Source of the DNA: Squalus acanthias
Taxonomy: Eukaryota
NCBI GenBank assembly: GCA_030390025.1
Contig: CM059425.1
Coordinates: forward strand, 165,232,001-165,296,000
Reading direction: 5' to 3'
Length of the DNA stretch: 64,000 nucleotides
Below, one piece after another: positions 50,745 through 64,000 of this stretch. Every line of letters starts with the position of its first letter. Positions within the stretch are counted from its first letter, which is position 1. The notes beneath the pieces were generated by a model. That model saw nothing but the letters and a program-made list of their open reading frames with translations, did not search any database and was not told where the DNA came from. A program made the position numbers and the translations under genes.

Positions 50745-53435
50745 ATGCGCGATCGGCCCGCGCCCGTTGGAAGTAATGCAGGCCGCAAGCAACCTTTGTG
50801 CTGCCTGCTAATTACCATGATTGCTGCATTCAGTGCCCAGCACTGAGCACGCTGCTGAGTGGCTGAGCGCTCTGCAGGGGGGCCGAGGTTCGTGCGAGGC
50901 TAGCTCTATTTAAAGCTAGCCTCAACTTCTTAAAGGCAGTCTGCACCTCTTAAAGATGTGGTGCATTCTGCATTCAGCAGCTGCTAGAACTGCTTGTGAA
51001 GGCAACTGAGTGAATAATGACTTAACAGGGCAAGAAAGGGCACCAAGGTTCTCGGACATGACACTAGAGGCCTTAGTGCATGGGATAGAAAGGAGGAGAC
51101 AAGTTCTATATGGCCAGGTGGCCCTCTAGACACACAGTGAGAAGGCAGTGGGAGCAGATAGCCAACGCGGTCACTGCCAGCAGTCTTGTACGGAGGACCT
51201 GGATCCAGTGCTGCAAAAAGTTCAATGCACTCTCACCAGTGGTCAAGGTGAGTGAATGCATCTTCAAAAGCCATCTCCCACCAGCTGCACCAGAAGCCTC
51301 GCACACTGCTCAATGCACCACACCCCTATCACTCACCTACCAACAATCTGTATCAATCACGACTCATACCTCACATTCATAGCTTCACCTCACACACTTA
51401 CCACTGCTGCAAGCCTCACACCCACATCTTACACCTTGCACACACTACCAGCTATTCAACCCTGACAGGCACATCACTCAAACACATTGCTCCACACTCA
51501 CTGACACACTTCCCTCTCTCTTGCAGGGCAAAGTGATGCATAACAGGAGACAGCAGCAACTAACCGGCGGTGGACAGGCACGGCTGCATATCCTGACCCA
51601 GCTGAAGGACATGGTGCTTGACATTATTGAAGTGGCCATCACTGAGGCCATGGCAAGTGGCAAGGCTGAAACCATTGAAAATGATGGTATGCTCATACCT
51701 AATCCTCCTTCTCACATCCCACTTCCTCCTCATCCCACAATCTCTTCTGATTTACAAGCTGTTGATAGTGTAACCACGCACATTTTGCTTTCCCCCCTCC
51801 CCTCACCAGAACCCTACCCTTGTGCCTTTCCCCTTTCAGATACCCAAGAACTCCAACCTGGCCAGCCTGTGCAGGAAGAGCAAGAGGAGCGTGATGGAGA
51901 AGAAGAGGCACCGTCACTCGATCTCACACTTGCAGGCACCAGCTCAGATACTGGCACTGCACGTACTTTAGAGGGTAGTATAGAGGCGGGATCTGCACGT
52001 GGTGAGTCACCGGGCACGAGTGGGCTGCAGCCAGGGCAGGGGCAAAGGGTAGCTCAGGTGCCAGCTCCAGGGAGGGCAAGATCGCACACGAGTTCTGCTG
52101 CAGCGGACTCAGATATGGATTTCGATGGGGTGGCCTACAGAAGAAGGGTGATGGGCATGCACACGGAAATGTGTGGTTCATTGGCAGGCCTGCCAGAGAG
52201 CCTGTTGTCACTGTCAAGCATGGAGGAGTCCGGCACCAACGTTGCACAGGACTTTGCGCAGAGCTTGGAGCCCATGATTTCCAGGATGGAAATGATGGGC
52301 AACTCCATTAGCGCACTTGTGGACCCAACCATGATGCAGGGTCTGATGGCCGACATCTCAGCTTCTATTGCAGCACAAGCGGAAGCGACCCAATGTCTGA
52401 GTGCTGCAGTGGAATCTCAGACTTCTGTCATGCAGGCTCCGCTTTCTGCCACGCAAACTCAGACTGCTGCCATCGTGGCTATGCTTACTGGTGGAAAGGG
52501 GCTTGCAGGGTGTCAGAGCAGTCCAGCAATCTGTCCTCCAATAGATTACTAGGATTGCTGAGGCGCTGCCCCGGGGGTGTGGCAGTGGCTCCGTGGAGCA
52601 TGAACCTGCTGTCCTCCCTCAGGATGATAGCATTCGTCCTCCCACCACTGCCACTCCGCCAGTGCTCTAGGTGGTGCAGTCCACAGCTGTGCCTTCTCGT
52701 CACAGAACTGGTCGAGGTCATCCTGCAAGGCCATCTGTAGTCTCCCCCACTGAAAGTCAGCAGCCTTCCAACAGCCATGCTGCAGCCACTGGGGTAGCAC
52801 TTCGTAGGAGTACTAGGACAGGCAAAGGCACACGGAAGACAGGCACTAAGAGAATGCACAAGAGTGATTAGTTGACTTTGTTATGTAATATTGGATTGAT
52901 TGATTTATAAATTTGCTTTGGAATGTATGTTTTGTGGTAGCTTTCATTTCAGCATTGTGGCCAAGAAGATGCTGTGATGTTCCATGACAGAGGGATGGTA
53001 AGGTGGGAAAGTGTTGAGCAACGGGGATCTGGGGTTTCATTCAGGGGAACCGGGGTCCGATGATTCACTCACGGACAGCCCGTCCTGAATGTGGATGTGC
53101 AGGCTGCCTCCTCCATTCCTTCTCCTCTTGCTCTTGCTCTTCCTCCTCCTCCTCCTCTTTTCCTCCTCCTCCTGTGGTGGTCGCAGAACCTGTGGTGGCA
53201 AGGGCTGCGCCCTCATAATGGCCAAGTTGTGGAGGATGCAGCAGACCACCACAGATTGGGACACCCACTCCGGCAAGTATTGGAGGGCTCATCCCGAGCA
53301 GTCAAGGCAGCGGAACCATTGCTTTAGTACCCCGATGGTCTGCTCTTTGACATTCCTTGTGGCAGCATGGCTCTCATTATATGACAGCTGGCCACGAGTG
53401 GTGGGGTTGTGGAGAGGCGTCATCAACCAGCTGTA
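50745..53435. mobile_element. PIF/Harbinger transposon remnant with convergent Myb/SANT gene (+) and transposase C-terminus (-)
   Basis: + strand: RAPRFSDMTLEALV...WEQIANAV...RRTWIQCCKKFNAL with splice sites aag|gtgagt 51248, ttgcag| 51526, g|gtatgc ~51687 and tttcag| 51839. - strand 53430-53040: WLMTP..YNESHAATR..IGVLKQWFRCL..CCILHNLA (HARBI1-like). Confidence 0.85.
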
Positions 53436-53437
53436 GA

Positions 53438-53557
53438 GCAAAGAATAGATTTATAAGATGCTTGGCTACTGAACTGTTGTAATCCTACTAAAGTAGAACT
53501 ACTTTAGCAGGATTACAACAGTTCAGTAGCCAAGCATCTTATAAATCTATTCTTTGC
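53438..53557. repeat. Near-perfect 59-bp-arm inverted repeat
   Basis: Arms 53438-53496 and 53499-53557 with one mismatch and a 2-nt loop. Confidence 0.9.
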
Positions 53558-54539
53558 ATATGAAAATATTCATTTTTTGTGTGCAGATGTTAGTTCATAG
53601 GCATTGATCTAAGTAGTTAATAGTGAAGTAATCTATTTAACGGTGACTTATTGTTAGTTTTCAGCAGTGGTTTACTCATTGTTTACACTGAATGCTTACA
53701 ACTAAATGCTTCAGAAGGAATAAAAAGTAAATTATTAACCAACGAAAATTCCCGTTTGCAGTGTTCGCACCACAGTGCCACTGCACATTGAAACATTGGT
53801 GTTAGTTCACTACCATGATCCCCACACTGTGAGTTCCTAATCTTAGGTGTGCCACTATGGGAATTTTGGTGCCAAACAGAGACCAAACACAGGAAGGGAG
53901 GGAAGACAGAGGGACAGTTATTCCAAGGTAATGCTCATTCGCCTCCTAGCAATTGATTCAGAGAGCAGAGTTGGCAGAGGATTTGCCTCTGACCTCTCAC
54001 CTGCAGAGGGTGCCCGGCACAGAGAAACCACAAAAGAGGAAAGGAAGAATTTTTTTTTTTTTAAAGAGGAAAAGGAAACCCCCCACGCTCGATCAAAAAT
54101 GCAGTTGGTTCTGCATTGTATCCTCATAACATAGTACACCACTGTAATTTATCGCTCAGTCAACAAGGCTTTCCTGTATAACACTATTTTCAGTTTTATG
54201 GTTCCCTTGAGTAAGGAAATGTCCAGTCTTCACTAGTTTGCAACTAACACTCCATTACACATCTGAAAACACTTCTATGAAATAATGAAAGGACACTTGA
54301 ATGTGTATCTAAGGAAACAATGATAGACTTTTGAGCAGTTCAAAGATGACAGAATTAAACATCATTTAAGTTGCAAAGACCTCTCTAGAATATTTTCTCT
54401 GCTTTTTCAGTAGCAAACTAATTTTCTTCACATGAGCAAATGAGGATCTAAATTTTAGCAGCCATTCTTGCATTCTAACTTTCTAATCTCAGAATGATAG
54501 TCAAAATCTGGAAGCTATTAAAATAATGATAGTAAAATA

Positions 54540-57109
54540 ATAGTAAAATAGAGGTTGGGGAGGGCATCACGAGGGAAATTAGAGAAGCGTGCAATAAGAG
54601 CACAGCTGTCATCATAGGTGACTTTAACTTACATATAGATTGGACTAGCCGAATCAGTAAAAATAATGAGGAGGAGGAATTCCTTGAGTGTTTAAGGGAT
54701 GGTTATCTGGATCAATATGTCGAGGAACCAACTCGGGAACAGGCTATATTGGACTGGGTACTGTGCAATGAGAAGGGACTAATTAGTAATCTTGTTGTAC
54801 GGGGACCCTTGGGTCAGAGCGATCATAACATGATCGATTTCTCACTCGAAATGGAGAGTGAAGAAATTGACTCAGAGACTCAGGTCCTGAATTTAAACAA
54901 GGGGAATTATGATGCCATTAGACGGGAACTGAGTAGGTCTGATTGGACAACGTTCCTGGGAGGACTGGAGGTAGATAAACAATGGCAAGCATTTAAAGAT
55001 AGAATGACAAAATTGCAAAAATTGTTTATACCAATCTGGCATAAAAGGAAATCTAAAAAGGTGACTCAACCGTGGATAACAGGGGAAATTAGAGACAGCA
55101 TAAAATCCAAAGATAGGGCGTATAAAATAGCCAAAAAACGCGCCAGAGCGGAAGATTGGGAACAGTTTAAGATAGATCAAAGGAGGGCAAAGGGCTTAAT
55201 CAAGAAGGGCAAAATAGCTTACGAAAGCAAGCTGGCGGAAAATATAAAAACTAACTCCAAAAGCTTTTATAAGTATATCAAGAGGAAAAGACTGGTGAAA
55301 ACCAAAGTTGGTCCATTGCAGTCAGATACGGGGGAATATATAATGGGAAATAAGGAAATGGCAGACCAACTAAATGCATACTTTGGGTCAGTCTTTACGA
55401 AGGAAGACACAAAAAACCTCCCTGGGATATCGGGAAAAATAGGGACATTGGCAAAGGAGGAACTGACGCAAATCAATATCTCTAAGGATATGGTGTTAAG
55501 GAAGCTAAAGGGATTGAAGGCGGACAAATCCCCAGGGCCTGATAACATGCATCCTAGGGTACTGAAGGAGGTGGCCCTAGAGATAGCGGATGCACTAAGC
55601 ATGATTTTTCAGAATTCATTAGACTCGGGAACAGTGCCCATGGATTGGAGGGTAGCTAACGTTACCCCACTATTCAAAAAGGGGGGTAGGGAAAAAGCAG
55701 GTAATTACAGACCTGTAAGCCTTACATCAGTTGTGGGCAAAATGCTGGAGTCCATCATTAAGGATGAAATAGCCGAGCACTTAGCAAATGGGGACAGGAT
55801 AGGACAGAGTCAACATGGATTTACAAAGGGTAAATCGTGCTTGACTAATCTATTGGAATTTTTTGAGGGAGTAACTGGTAAAATAGATGGGGGAGAGCCA
55901 GTAGATGTGGTGTACCTGGACTTCCAAAAGGCCTTCGATAAGGTCCCACATAAAAGATTAGCATGGAAAATTGAAGCTCATGGGATAAAGGGGAAAGTAT
56001 TGACGTGGATAGAGAACTGGCTGTCAGATAGAAAACAGAGAGTTGGAATAAACGGCTCATTTTCTGAATGGCAGGCAGTAACAAGTGGGGTACCACAGGG
56101 ATCTGTCCTGGGTCCCCAGCTGTTCACAATTTATATTAATGACCTGGATCAGGGAGTCGAATGCAGCATTTCCAAATTTGCAGACGACACTAAACTAGGA
56201 GGGGGGGTGGGCTCAGAGGAGGAGACCAGGAAGCTCCAGAGCGATTTGGACAGACTGGGTGATTGGGCGGATAAATGGCAGATGCACTATAATGTGGACA
56301 AGTGCGAAGTTATCCACCTTGGGTGCAGGAACGGGAGGGCAAATTATTATTTAAATGGCAATAAATTGGGAGAGGGGGAAGTACAGAGAGACCTGGGTGT
56401 TCTTGTACACCAGTCACTGAAGGCGAGCATGCAGGTGCAACAGGCGGTCAAGAAGGCAAACGGTATGCTGGCCTTCATAGCAAAAGGGTTGGAATACAGG
56501 AACAGGGATACCTTGCTGCAGCTGTACAGGGCACTGGTGAGACCACACCTCGAGTACTGTGTACAGTTTTGGTCGCCTCATCTGAGGAAAGATGTTCTTG
56601 CCATGGAGGGGGTGCAGCGGCGATTCACCAGGCTGATACCAGGAATGGCGGGATTGACCTATGAGGAGAGACTATGTAGTTTAGGGATGTACACACTGGA
56701 GTTTAGAAGATTGAGAGGGGACCTCATAGAAGTGTATAAAATTCTGACAGGTCTAGACAGATTAGATGCAGAAGGAATGTTTCCCTTGGCGGGTGAGAAC
56801 AGAACTAGAGGACATAATTTACGGATAAGGGCTAAACCATTTAGTACAGAAATGAGGGGGAATTTCTTCACTCAGAGAGTGGTGAACCTGTGGAACTCAT
56901 TGCCACAGAGGGCAGTGTACGCCAGCTCATTAAATATATTTAAGAGGGAATTAGATATATTTCTACAGGCAAAAGGGGTTAAGGGTTACGGAGAGAAGGC
57001 GGGGACGGGATACTGAATTGAAGGATCAGCCATGATCTCATTAAATGGCGGAGCAGGCTCGAAGGGCCGGATGGCCTACTCCTGCTCCTATCTTCTATGT
57101 ATCTATGTA
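54540..57109 (+). mobile_element. 5'-truncated young CR1 LINE with uninterrupted ORF2 portion
   Basis: 755-aa ORF 54749-57016 with SDH, QHGF, LDFQKAFD, GVPQGSVLGP, KFADD. 3' UTR and (CTATGTAT)-type tail. Confidence 0.95.
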
Positions 57110-57796
57110 TTATCAATAATGAACAATAATTGTTAAATAATTGGAAGGATAAAAGACAATCAGTAGTTTGGTTAGAAGACAAACTTGTGAGTAATACAGA
57201 TGCAAGTAAAAAATATTACTTTTCACAAATGAAGTTAAAGATATTCTGAAAACAATCGTCTCCTTTTTAGTGTGCAGGTAACTTTATCAATGAAAGTGTG
57301 CCTTTTACAGCTGTGTTTAAACGAGTTTTTTTGTTATGGAAAGTCAATAATACATAGAGTTGCCAACTTATTTCTGATCTTAGTTTGGAATTATGGCAGA
57401 TGCAGAGTTAGTTTTTAATGGCAGTAAAGTGTCTTAAAGTGGACATTTTATTTTGGTGTTTTTTTAAATCAGCATAGAAACTCCACCTTAAATTCCTTGC
57501 CAAAAATTCCTTGCCATTATTAGCAGTAAAATCACTAATAAAGACTCTGCCACTAACAATTTACAGGCATAAACTTTACACAGTGTTGAAAATACTTTCT
57601 TTAAAAAAAATATAATGAACAGAGTGCTGTTTGTCTCTGCTTTAGACCTGCCACCATGGAGTTAAGCCAGCCATATGAGTTGACCCTGTTGTCTGACCCC
57701 ATTTTACTGGTAACATTTTGTTCAGAAACAAGATGTGTTGGGCTTTCTACTGAATGTGTCCCCATACCTGACCCCAAATGAGCACAGAGGCCAGTG

Positions 57797-59675
57797 TTTT
57801 TTTTATTTGTTTATGGGATGTGGGCGTTGCTGGCAAGGCCAGCATTTATTGCCCATTCCTAATTGCCATTGCGAAGGTGGTGGTGAGCCGCTTTCTTGAA
57901 CCGCTGCAGTCCGTGTGGTGAAGGTACTCCCACATTGCTGTTAGGTAGGGAGTTCCAGGATTTTGACCCAGCGACGATGAAGGATCGGCGATATACTTCT
58001 AAGTCAGGATGGTGTATGACTTGGAGGGGAACTTGGAGGTGGTGGTGTTCCCATGAGTCTGCTGCTGTTGTCTTTCTAGGTGGAAGAGGTTGCAGGTTTG
58101 TGAGGTGCTGCCGAAGAAGCCTTGACGAGTTGCTGCAGTGCATCTTGTAGATGGTACACACTGCAGCCATGGTACGCTGGTGGTGGAGGGAGTGAATGTT
58201 TAAGGTGGTAGATGGGGTGCCAATCAAGCGGGCTGCTTTGTCCTGGATAGTGTAAGGCTTCTTGAGTGTTATTGGATATGCACTCATCCAGGCAAGTGGA
58301 GAGTATTCCATCACACTCCTTACTTGTGCCTTGTAGATGGTGGAAAGGCTTTGGGGAGTCAGGAGGTGAGACACTTGCCGCAGAATACCTAGCCTCTGAC
58401 CTGTTCTTGTTGCCACAGTATTTATGTGGCTGGTCCAGTTAAGTTTCTGGTCAATGGTGACCCCCAGGATGTTGATGGTGGGGGATTTGGCGATGGTAAT
58501 GCCATTGAATGTCAAGGGGCGGTGGTTAGACTCTTGCTTGTTGGAGATAGTCATTGCCTGGCACTTCTGTGGCGCGAATGTTACCTGCCACTTATCTGCC
58601 CAAGCCTGAATGTCATCCAAGACTTGTTGCATGCAGGCATGGACTGCTTCATTATCTGAGGAATTGTGAATGGCACTGAACACTGTGCAGTCATCAGCAA
58701 ACATCCCCATTTCTGACCTTATGTTGGAGGGAAGGTCATTGATGAAGCAGCTGAAGATGGTTGGGCCTAGGACACTGCCCTGAGGAACTTCTGCAGCGAT
58801 GTCCTGGGGCTGTGATGATTGACCTTCAATCACCACAACCATCTTCTTTTGTGCTTGGTATGACTCCAGCCAGTGGAGAGTTTTCCCCCCCAATTCCCAT
58901 TGACTTCAGTTTTACTAGGGCTCCTTGATGTCACACTCGGTCAAATGCTGCCTTGATGTCAAGGGCAGTCACTCTCACCTCACCTCTGGAATTCAGCTCC
59001 TTTGTCCATGTTTGGACCAAGGTTGTAATGAGGTCGGGAGCCGAGTAGACTGGTGGGGCGACAATTGGCTGGATTGGATTTGTCCTGCTTTTTGTGGACA
59101 GGACATACCTGGGCAGTTTTCCACATTGTTAGATAGATGCCAGTGTTGTAGCTGTACTGGAACAGCTTGGCTAGAGCCGCACCCAGTTCTGGAGCACAAG
59201 TCTTCAGCACGATAGCCGGGAAATTGTCGGGGCCCATAGCCTTTGCTGTATCCAGTGCGCTCAGCTGTTTCTTGATATCACGTGGAGTGAATCGAATTGG
59301 CTGAAGACTGGCTTTTGTGATGGTGGGGACATCAGGAGGAGGCCGATATAAATCATCCACTCGGCACTTCTGGCTGAAGATGGTTGCAAACGCTTCAGCC
59401 TTGTCTTTTGCACTTAAGCGCTGGGCTCCACCATCATTGAGGATGGGGATATTCATGGAGCCTCCCCCTCCCGTTAGTTGTTTAATGGTCCACCCCATTC
59501 TCGACTGGATGTGGCAGGACTGCAGAGCTTTGAGCTGATCCGTTGATTGTGGGATCACTTTAGCTCTGTCTATAGCATGCTGCTTCTGCTTTTTAGCATG
59601 CATGTAGTCCTGTGTTGCAGCTTCCCCAGGTTGGCACCTCATTTTTAGGTACACCTGGTGCTGCTCCTGGCATGC
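57797..59675 (-). mobile_element. LINE of the same family as 12637-14378
   Basis: ORFs 58893-57859 and 59675-58980 with MFADDC and YKAQVRSVMEY; same 3' end. Confidence 0.88.
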
Positions 59676-60750
59676 GTAATTTAGGGATGTGCTACACGGA
59701 TGTACTTTTTTTATATAGCGTTTTTGTTGTGATAGAATTTTGTTCTCATCCAGATGAGTAAGGGCAGTGCAAAGAAGTTGAGTAATTTTCCAATTTTGGC
59801 ATCCAGTGTGAGCAGCAACCACTATCAGGTCAACTATCCCACAAGTCAGAAGTCAGTAAAGCTCCCTCTGCTTTGGCCTAACAATGCACCTTGTCCACAA
59901 ACACAAAAGACCACCTCCTGCCGCAACAATGTGACACTTCTATTTTGTGCCTCAACCATCATTATTGTGCCTCTGGTCATTTTTTGCCAAATTATAGTAA
60001 TTTTTATTCTTTGAAATGGTCCAGCCTTAGATTAGACTCTGACAGTCAGCAGCAGACTGGGCTACCTTCAAACTTAGATTTCACTATAGTTTCGATTAAG
60101 AAGTACCTACAGGCTTTCAAGAGTTTATCAACCTTTCAGGTTTTATTGTGTTTTTTAAAAAAGGCTTATCTGGATCCGAATTACACAAATTCTTTAATTT
60201 GAACCAGGATTCCTTTCCTTCAAACAACAGTGCAGCTTTACAGCAGTTTATCAGACAGAGTGGAACATATTTACAGTGAAAACATATACAGTAAAATGGA
60301 ATAACACCCCTGTTGAGAGTGGTAACATTCAATGGGATCTAGACTGATTAAATGGATAGGCCAAGGAATAGAAAACAAAATTAATGTTCATAAATATATG
60401 GATATATATACATTGGAACAGGAAGCATGGAAAGTGTGTCCAATAAAATATTGTCGATTGACAGAAAAAATCTTGATAGGATTAGTGACTATCCACAAAG
60501 TATCCAGTAAAAGTCAAATTGTTATCAAGAAGTCAAATTGTGTATTATCTATTGAAATTTTATTCTAACTCTAAATAGACCATCGGCTAGGCACATTTGA
60601 AATAAATAACAAGGATGATTCTGAAGCATGGAACTTTTATTAATGAAGCAAAACCCAGGGGACTGAATTTGTTTTTATAAGCAGAAAACAGTGAAAGAAG
60701 ACATAATCCAGATTTTTTAAATGTCAAGAGAAGGAGACACAAGAAAGATG

Positions 60751-61430
60751 GGCCTCAGTATTGACAGGGGCGGGTTGTCTAGGCGGGGAGGGCGGCGTTT
60801 CGGATGAGAAACCGGGAAGTCCAGGTTAACTCCACAGCGTGCAACTTTTTTCTTTGACAGGATCCTCACCTGGAAGTCAGCCTGATTGACAGGCTTGGCT
60901 TCCAATCGGGCTGGTTGCACTCCACAGCAGGCCGCAGCCGTGGGTAGGGAGCCTGCAGTTACTACTGGTAGCATGGGGGTGGGATATGATCCCGGCGGGT
61001 GGGGGGAGGTCCGATCCCCGACCCTGGGGGTTCTTTGAATGGGGGGGGGGTCTGATGGGGTGGGGCTCCTATCCAAGGGAGGAAGGTAAGCTCAGGTGGC
61101 TGGGGGGAAGCACTCCTGCTCCGCCTGGCCCACAAGCAGTGCTGTAAAGGCACTTAACTTCTCCCCGAAGCTGTCCTCACCTCCCTTGAGCTGCCGGGAA
61201 TCCCAGCTGGCCAGGGTTAAACCTGCAAAGCAGGTTAAATCTGAGGCTACCAGTCTCATTCAAATATTTAAATTGCCAGCCCACCTCCTGGGAGCGGGTG
61301 GATGCCCGCCCCCTGTCCCGCCTCCGTTAAACCCGGAAGTGGGCGGGTTGGGGTCGTGTTTGAGATTTTTAAAAATGTAACATCTCACTCAACCCCAACC
61401 CACCCGTTTTTGAGGGTTAAAATTCACCCC
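60751..61430. mobile_element. Harbinger-type MITE (degenerate TIRs)
   Basis: GC-rich island bounded by GGCCTCAGTATT...AAAATTCACCCC with ATG on both sides. Confidence 0.5.
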
Positions 61431-61927
61431 ATGGATTATGAGCACACAACAAAAGAATATGTGTATCAAAACCTGAAAGAAGACCGTATTAGACGGATTT
61501 TTTCTCCCAGAGTAGTGGATGTATGGAGTAGACTCTCAGCTAATACTACATCAACTGATACTCCTAAATGACTGGTGGTTATCTAGTTAGGAATGGAATT
61601 GAGCTTTTTAAGAAGTGCAATTCAAGATGATCAAAGGTTGTGTAAAATACAGTGATTCCTGGACATGGAGATGTTGTCAGGAAAGCTGACTGGCTAAGGA
61701 TAAATAACATTGAAAGTTACCTGCTCTGGAATTCTTCTTGATTTATCTTTGAGGATAGGGGAAACTAGCAGATATTTTCCTCGGTCTGTGGTGGAACAGG
61801 TTGTCCGTGATCTGTAAAGTGAACAAGTTTGATCAGTTTAATGGTCTTTTCTCATTAGATAAATTCAAATGTCATAATGAAATAAAATAGAATTCACAAT
61901 ACTAATCTATCAGTAGAAATCTAAGTA

Positions 61928-62396
61928 CTGGGATGAGGAGATTGCCCTATGAGAAGGGATTGAGTAGACTAGGCCTATATTCCTTAGAGTTTAGAAGAAT
62001 GAGAGGTGATCTAATTGAAACATATAAAATTCTTAAGTGGCTTGACAGGGTTAATGCTGAGAAAATGTTTCCCCTGGCTGGGGAATCTAGAACACGGGGT
62101 CATAGTCACAGAATAAGGGGTCGGCCATTTAGGACTGAGATGAGGAGAAGTTTCTTCACTCAAAGGGTTGTGAATCTTTGGAATTCGTTACCCCAGAGAG
62201 CTGTGGAGGCTCAGTCATTGAGTATATTCAAGACAGAGGTCAATACTTCTTTGGGAACTAAGGGAATTAAGGGATATGGGGATAGTGCTGGAAGGTGGAG
62301 TTGAGGTAGAAGATCAGCCATGATCTTGTTGAATGGTGGAGCAGGCTCGAAGGGCCAAATGACCTACTCCAGCTCCTATTTCTTATGTTCTTATGT
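61928..62396 (+). mobile_element. CR1 3' fragment
   Basis: RLGLYSLEFRRMRGDLIE...WNSLPQ and a (TTCTTATG)n tail. Confidence 0.9.
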
Positions 62397-63091
62397 TAAT
62401 CTTTCATTGTTAAATCCTTAAGGAGAAGTTGAATATACCTGTGTATAAATGGAAACTCATGCCACCAGTCATATAGTATTTAATCTTAGTGCACTGACCG
62501 AATGTTTTAATTAAGACGGTGTTGAAATTGCACTGAGCACTGTTTAATGTGCTTGTGTAAAATTTCTATTTTCCCTATTTTAATAAAGTAATTTATTTTA
62601 AATATGCTAATGAATCTCTTAAAACAGAAATAGGAATTTAACACAAACAAGTAACCAGTGCACTAAAAATAGCGCTGAGCGAAACTTCAACTCCATAGAG
62701 ATGATTACAAGAGAATAATTTCATTGGGCAGCTCAAACAATGTCTTAAACTGCCAAAATAAGTTTTCAAATGTTATAGTTCCCATCTGAACCTAAATTGA
62801 AGTTGTAGCCTTCACTCTAGAGTATCTATTACTTTCTGCAATATGTTTGTGGGATGGTTCTATTCTATTTTGGGTCTGTTTCCTTAAGTGTGCAATGGGC
62901 ATGATAGCACATATCAGCAATCACAAATGAGAAGACCATCTGGCCTATTTTAGCTTATCCATTCAGAAAGACCACACCTTGGCATCCTACTGTTTCTTAA
63001 ATGATTCTAGTGCTTTTGCCTCTACTACTCTACCCTGAGAAAGCAGACCACAATTTTTTAATCCCTTAGATATATCAGGTGACTGGAGGCT

Positions 63092-63493
63092 AGCACTCCA
63101 GGAACTTGAGCACATAATCTAGGCTGACACTTCAATGCATCATTGAGGAAGTGCTGCACTGTTGAAGGTGCCGTGTTTTGGATGAGACGTTAAGCCGATA
63201 CCTCGCTTACCCTCTCAGATGGGTGTAAAAAATCCCATGGTACTACTCGAAGAAGAGCAGGAGAGTTCTCTTGGCACCCTGGCTAATATTTATCTCACAA
63301 CCAGCATTGTTAAAAATACAGATTATCTGGTCAAATCTAACCACTGCTGTTTGTGGGACCTTGCTGTGCACAAAGTGGTTGCCGTGTTTCCCTACATTAC
63401 AACAGTGACTACACCTCAAAATACTTAATTGACTGTAAAGCACTTTGTGACGTTGAGTTCATGAAAGTCGCTATATAAATGCAAGTTGTTTCC
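63092..63493 (+). mobile_element. Deu-domain SINE copy
   Basis: Core aaaaatcccatggtactactcgaagaagagcaggaga and tail ctatataaatgcaagtt. Confidence 0.75.
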
Positions 63494-63572
63494 TTTAATT
63501 TCCTACCCAGTGCTCCTTGTGCTGGTCCTGATCAACCCTTTAATAGAAGTTTTTAAAATTATAAATGGTATT

Positions 63573-64000
63573 TGACGTAATAAAGACTCACTACGCACTT
63601 GAACATAAAGCAAGGCTTTAATCAACTTGTAACAAAACATGGAGGTCTAGTTAGCAGTCACTAGCTTCCTGTTTCCAGATTGTCTCTGCCCAAGGTGGGC
63701 CCATGCCTGAGTATTTATACTCCCTGGACGGCGCCCCAGCTGGCCGCCCAGTAGTACTTCCTGAGTTGTTACTTGCGATTTATGACATTCTTCCTCCCTA
63801 AAAGGTTTGGAAGTCCAGTCTTCCTTTAACGGACTAGGCGGACCAGAAATAGCCGTAAACGTTTAGCTCTCTGCTTGTGACTGGAAGGCACGTCTCCCCG
63901 GACCGTGTCCTGGTCCCTGGGTCGCTTGGCCCATACCGGTAAGTCAGTAGAGTCCGCGTCATCTTGATCATCCTGTGGAGGACTGGGAATATCATGACTC
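63573..64000 (-). mobile_element. 3' end of a second LTR retroelement (short LTR 63787-63573, PPT 63800-63788), continuing beyond the window
   Basis: On the - strand: an open frame ending TAA ~63826, then AGGGAGGAAGAA directly followed by TGTCATAA, then TATAAATA and ATTAAA, ending ...ACGTCA. Confidence 0.65.

Noticed and set aside
54749..57016. Intact RT ORF as the helper for the pol-less provirus
   Set aside because: It is a 5'-truncated non-LTR CR1 RT that uses target-primed reverse transcription; it cannot supply tRNA-primed RT or integrase.
59754..60014. ORF after an acceptor-like ttctcatccag as a further host exon
   Set aside because: No recognisable protein features or donor, and it is closed in the phase required by the 26316 exon.

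Overview
This is eukaryotic, repeat-dominated DNA. The repeat set (CR1, L2, RTE, Penelope, Deu-domain SINEs and PIF/Harbinger elements) suggests a cartilaginous fish, which is an inference. Most of the window looks intronic: two candidate coding exons of an unidentified + strand host gene lie at 15309-15467 and 26158-26316. The main finding is a young 9.5-kb proviral element at 29287-38803. It has ~1.66-kb near-identical LTRs (TGTA...TACA), a 4-bp TSD (CTTG), an 18-nt tRNA-Arg(TCG)-type PBS and a PPT. Its gag has a coiled coil, overlapping PSAP/PPxY late domains and a CCHC knuckle. A UGA-CUAG readthrough signal leads in frame into an ORF that occupies the pol position but shows no protease, RT, RNase H or integrase core. 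That ORF contains only a leucine-zipper repeat, the integrase C-terminal GPY/F module and an acidic low-complexity tail. The reconstructable ~780-aa envelope has a signal peptide, an Ig-like domain, a furin site, a paramyxovirus-F-like fusion subunit and a TM anchor. The element looks like a pol-less, env-bearing, helper-dependent (satellite-like) retroelement of possible lokiretrovirus affinity. The rest of the window is nested LINEs, SINEs, Harbinger elements/MITEs, Penelope remnants (one a perfect hairpin with a hammerhead-like core) and the 3' LTR of a second LTR element at the right edge.
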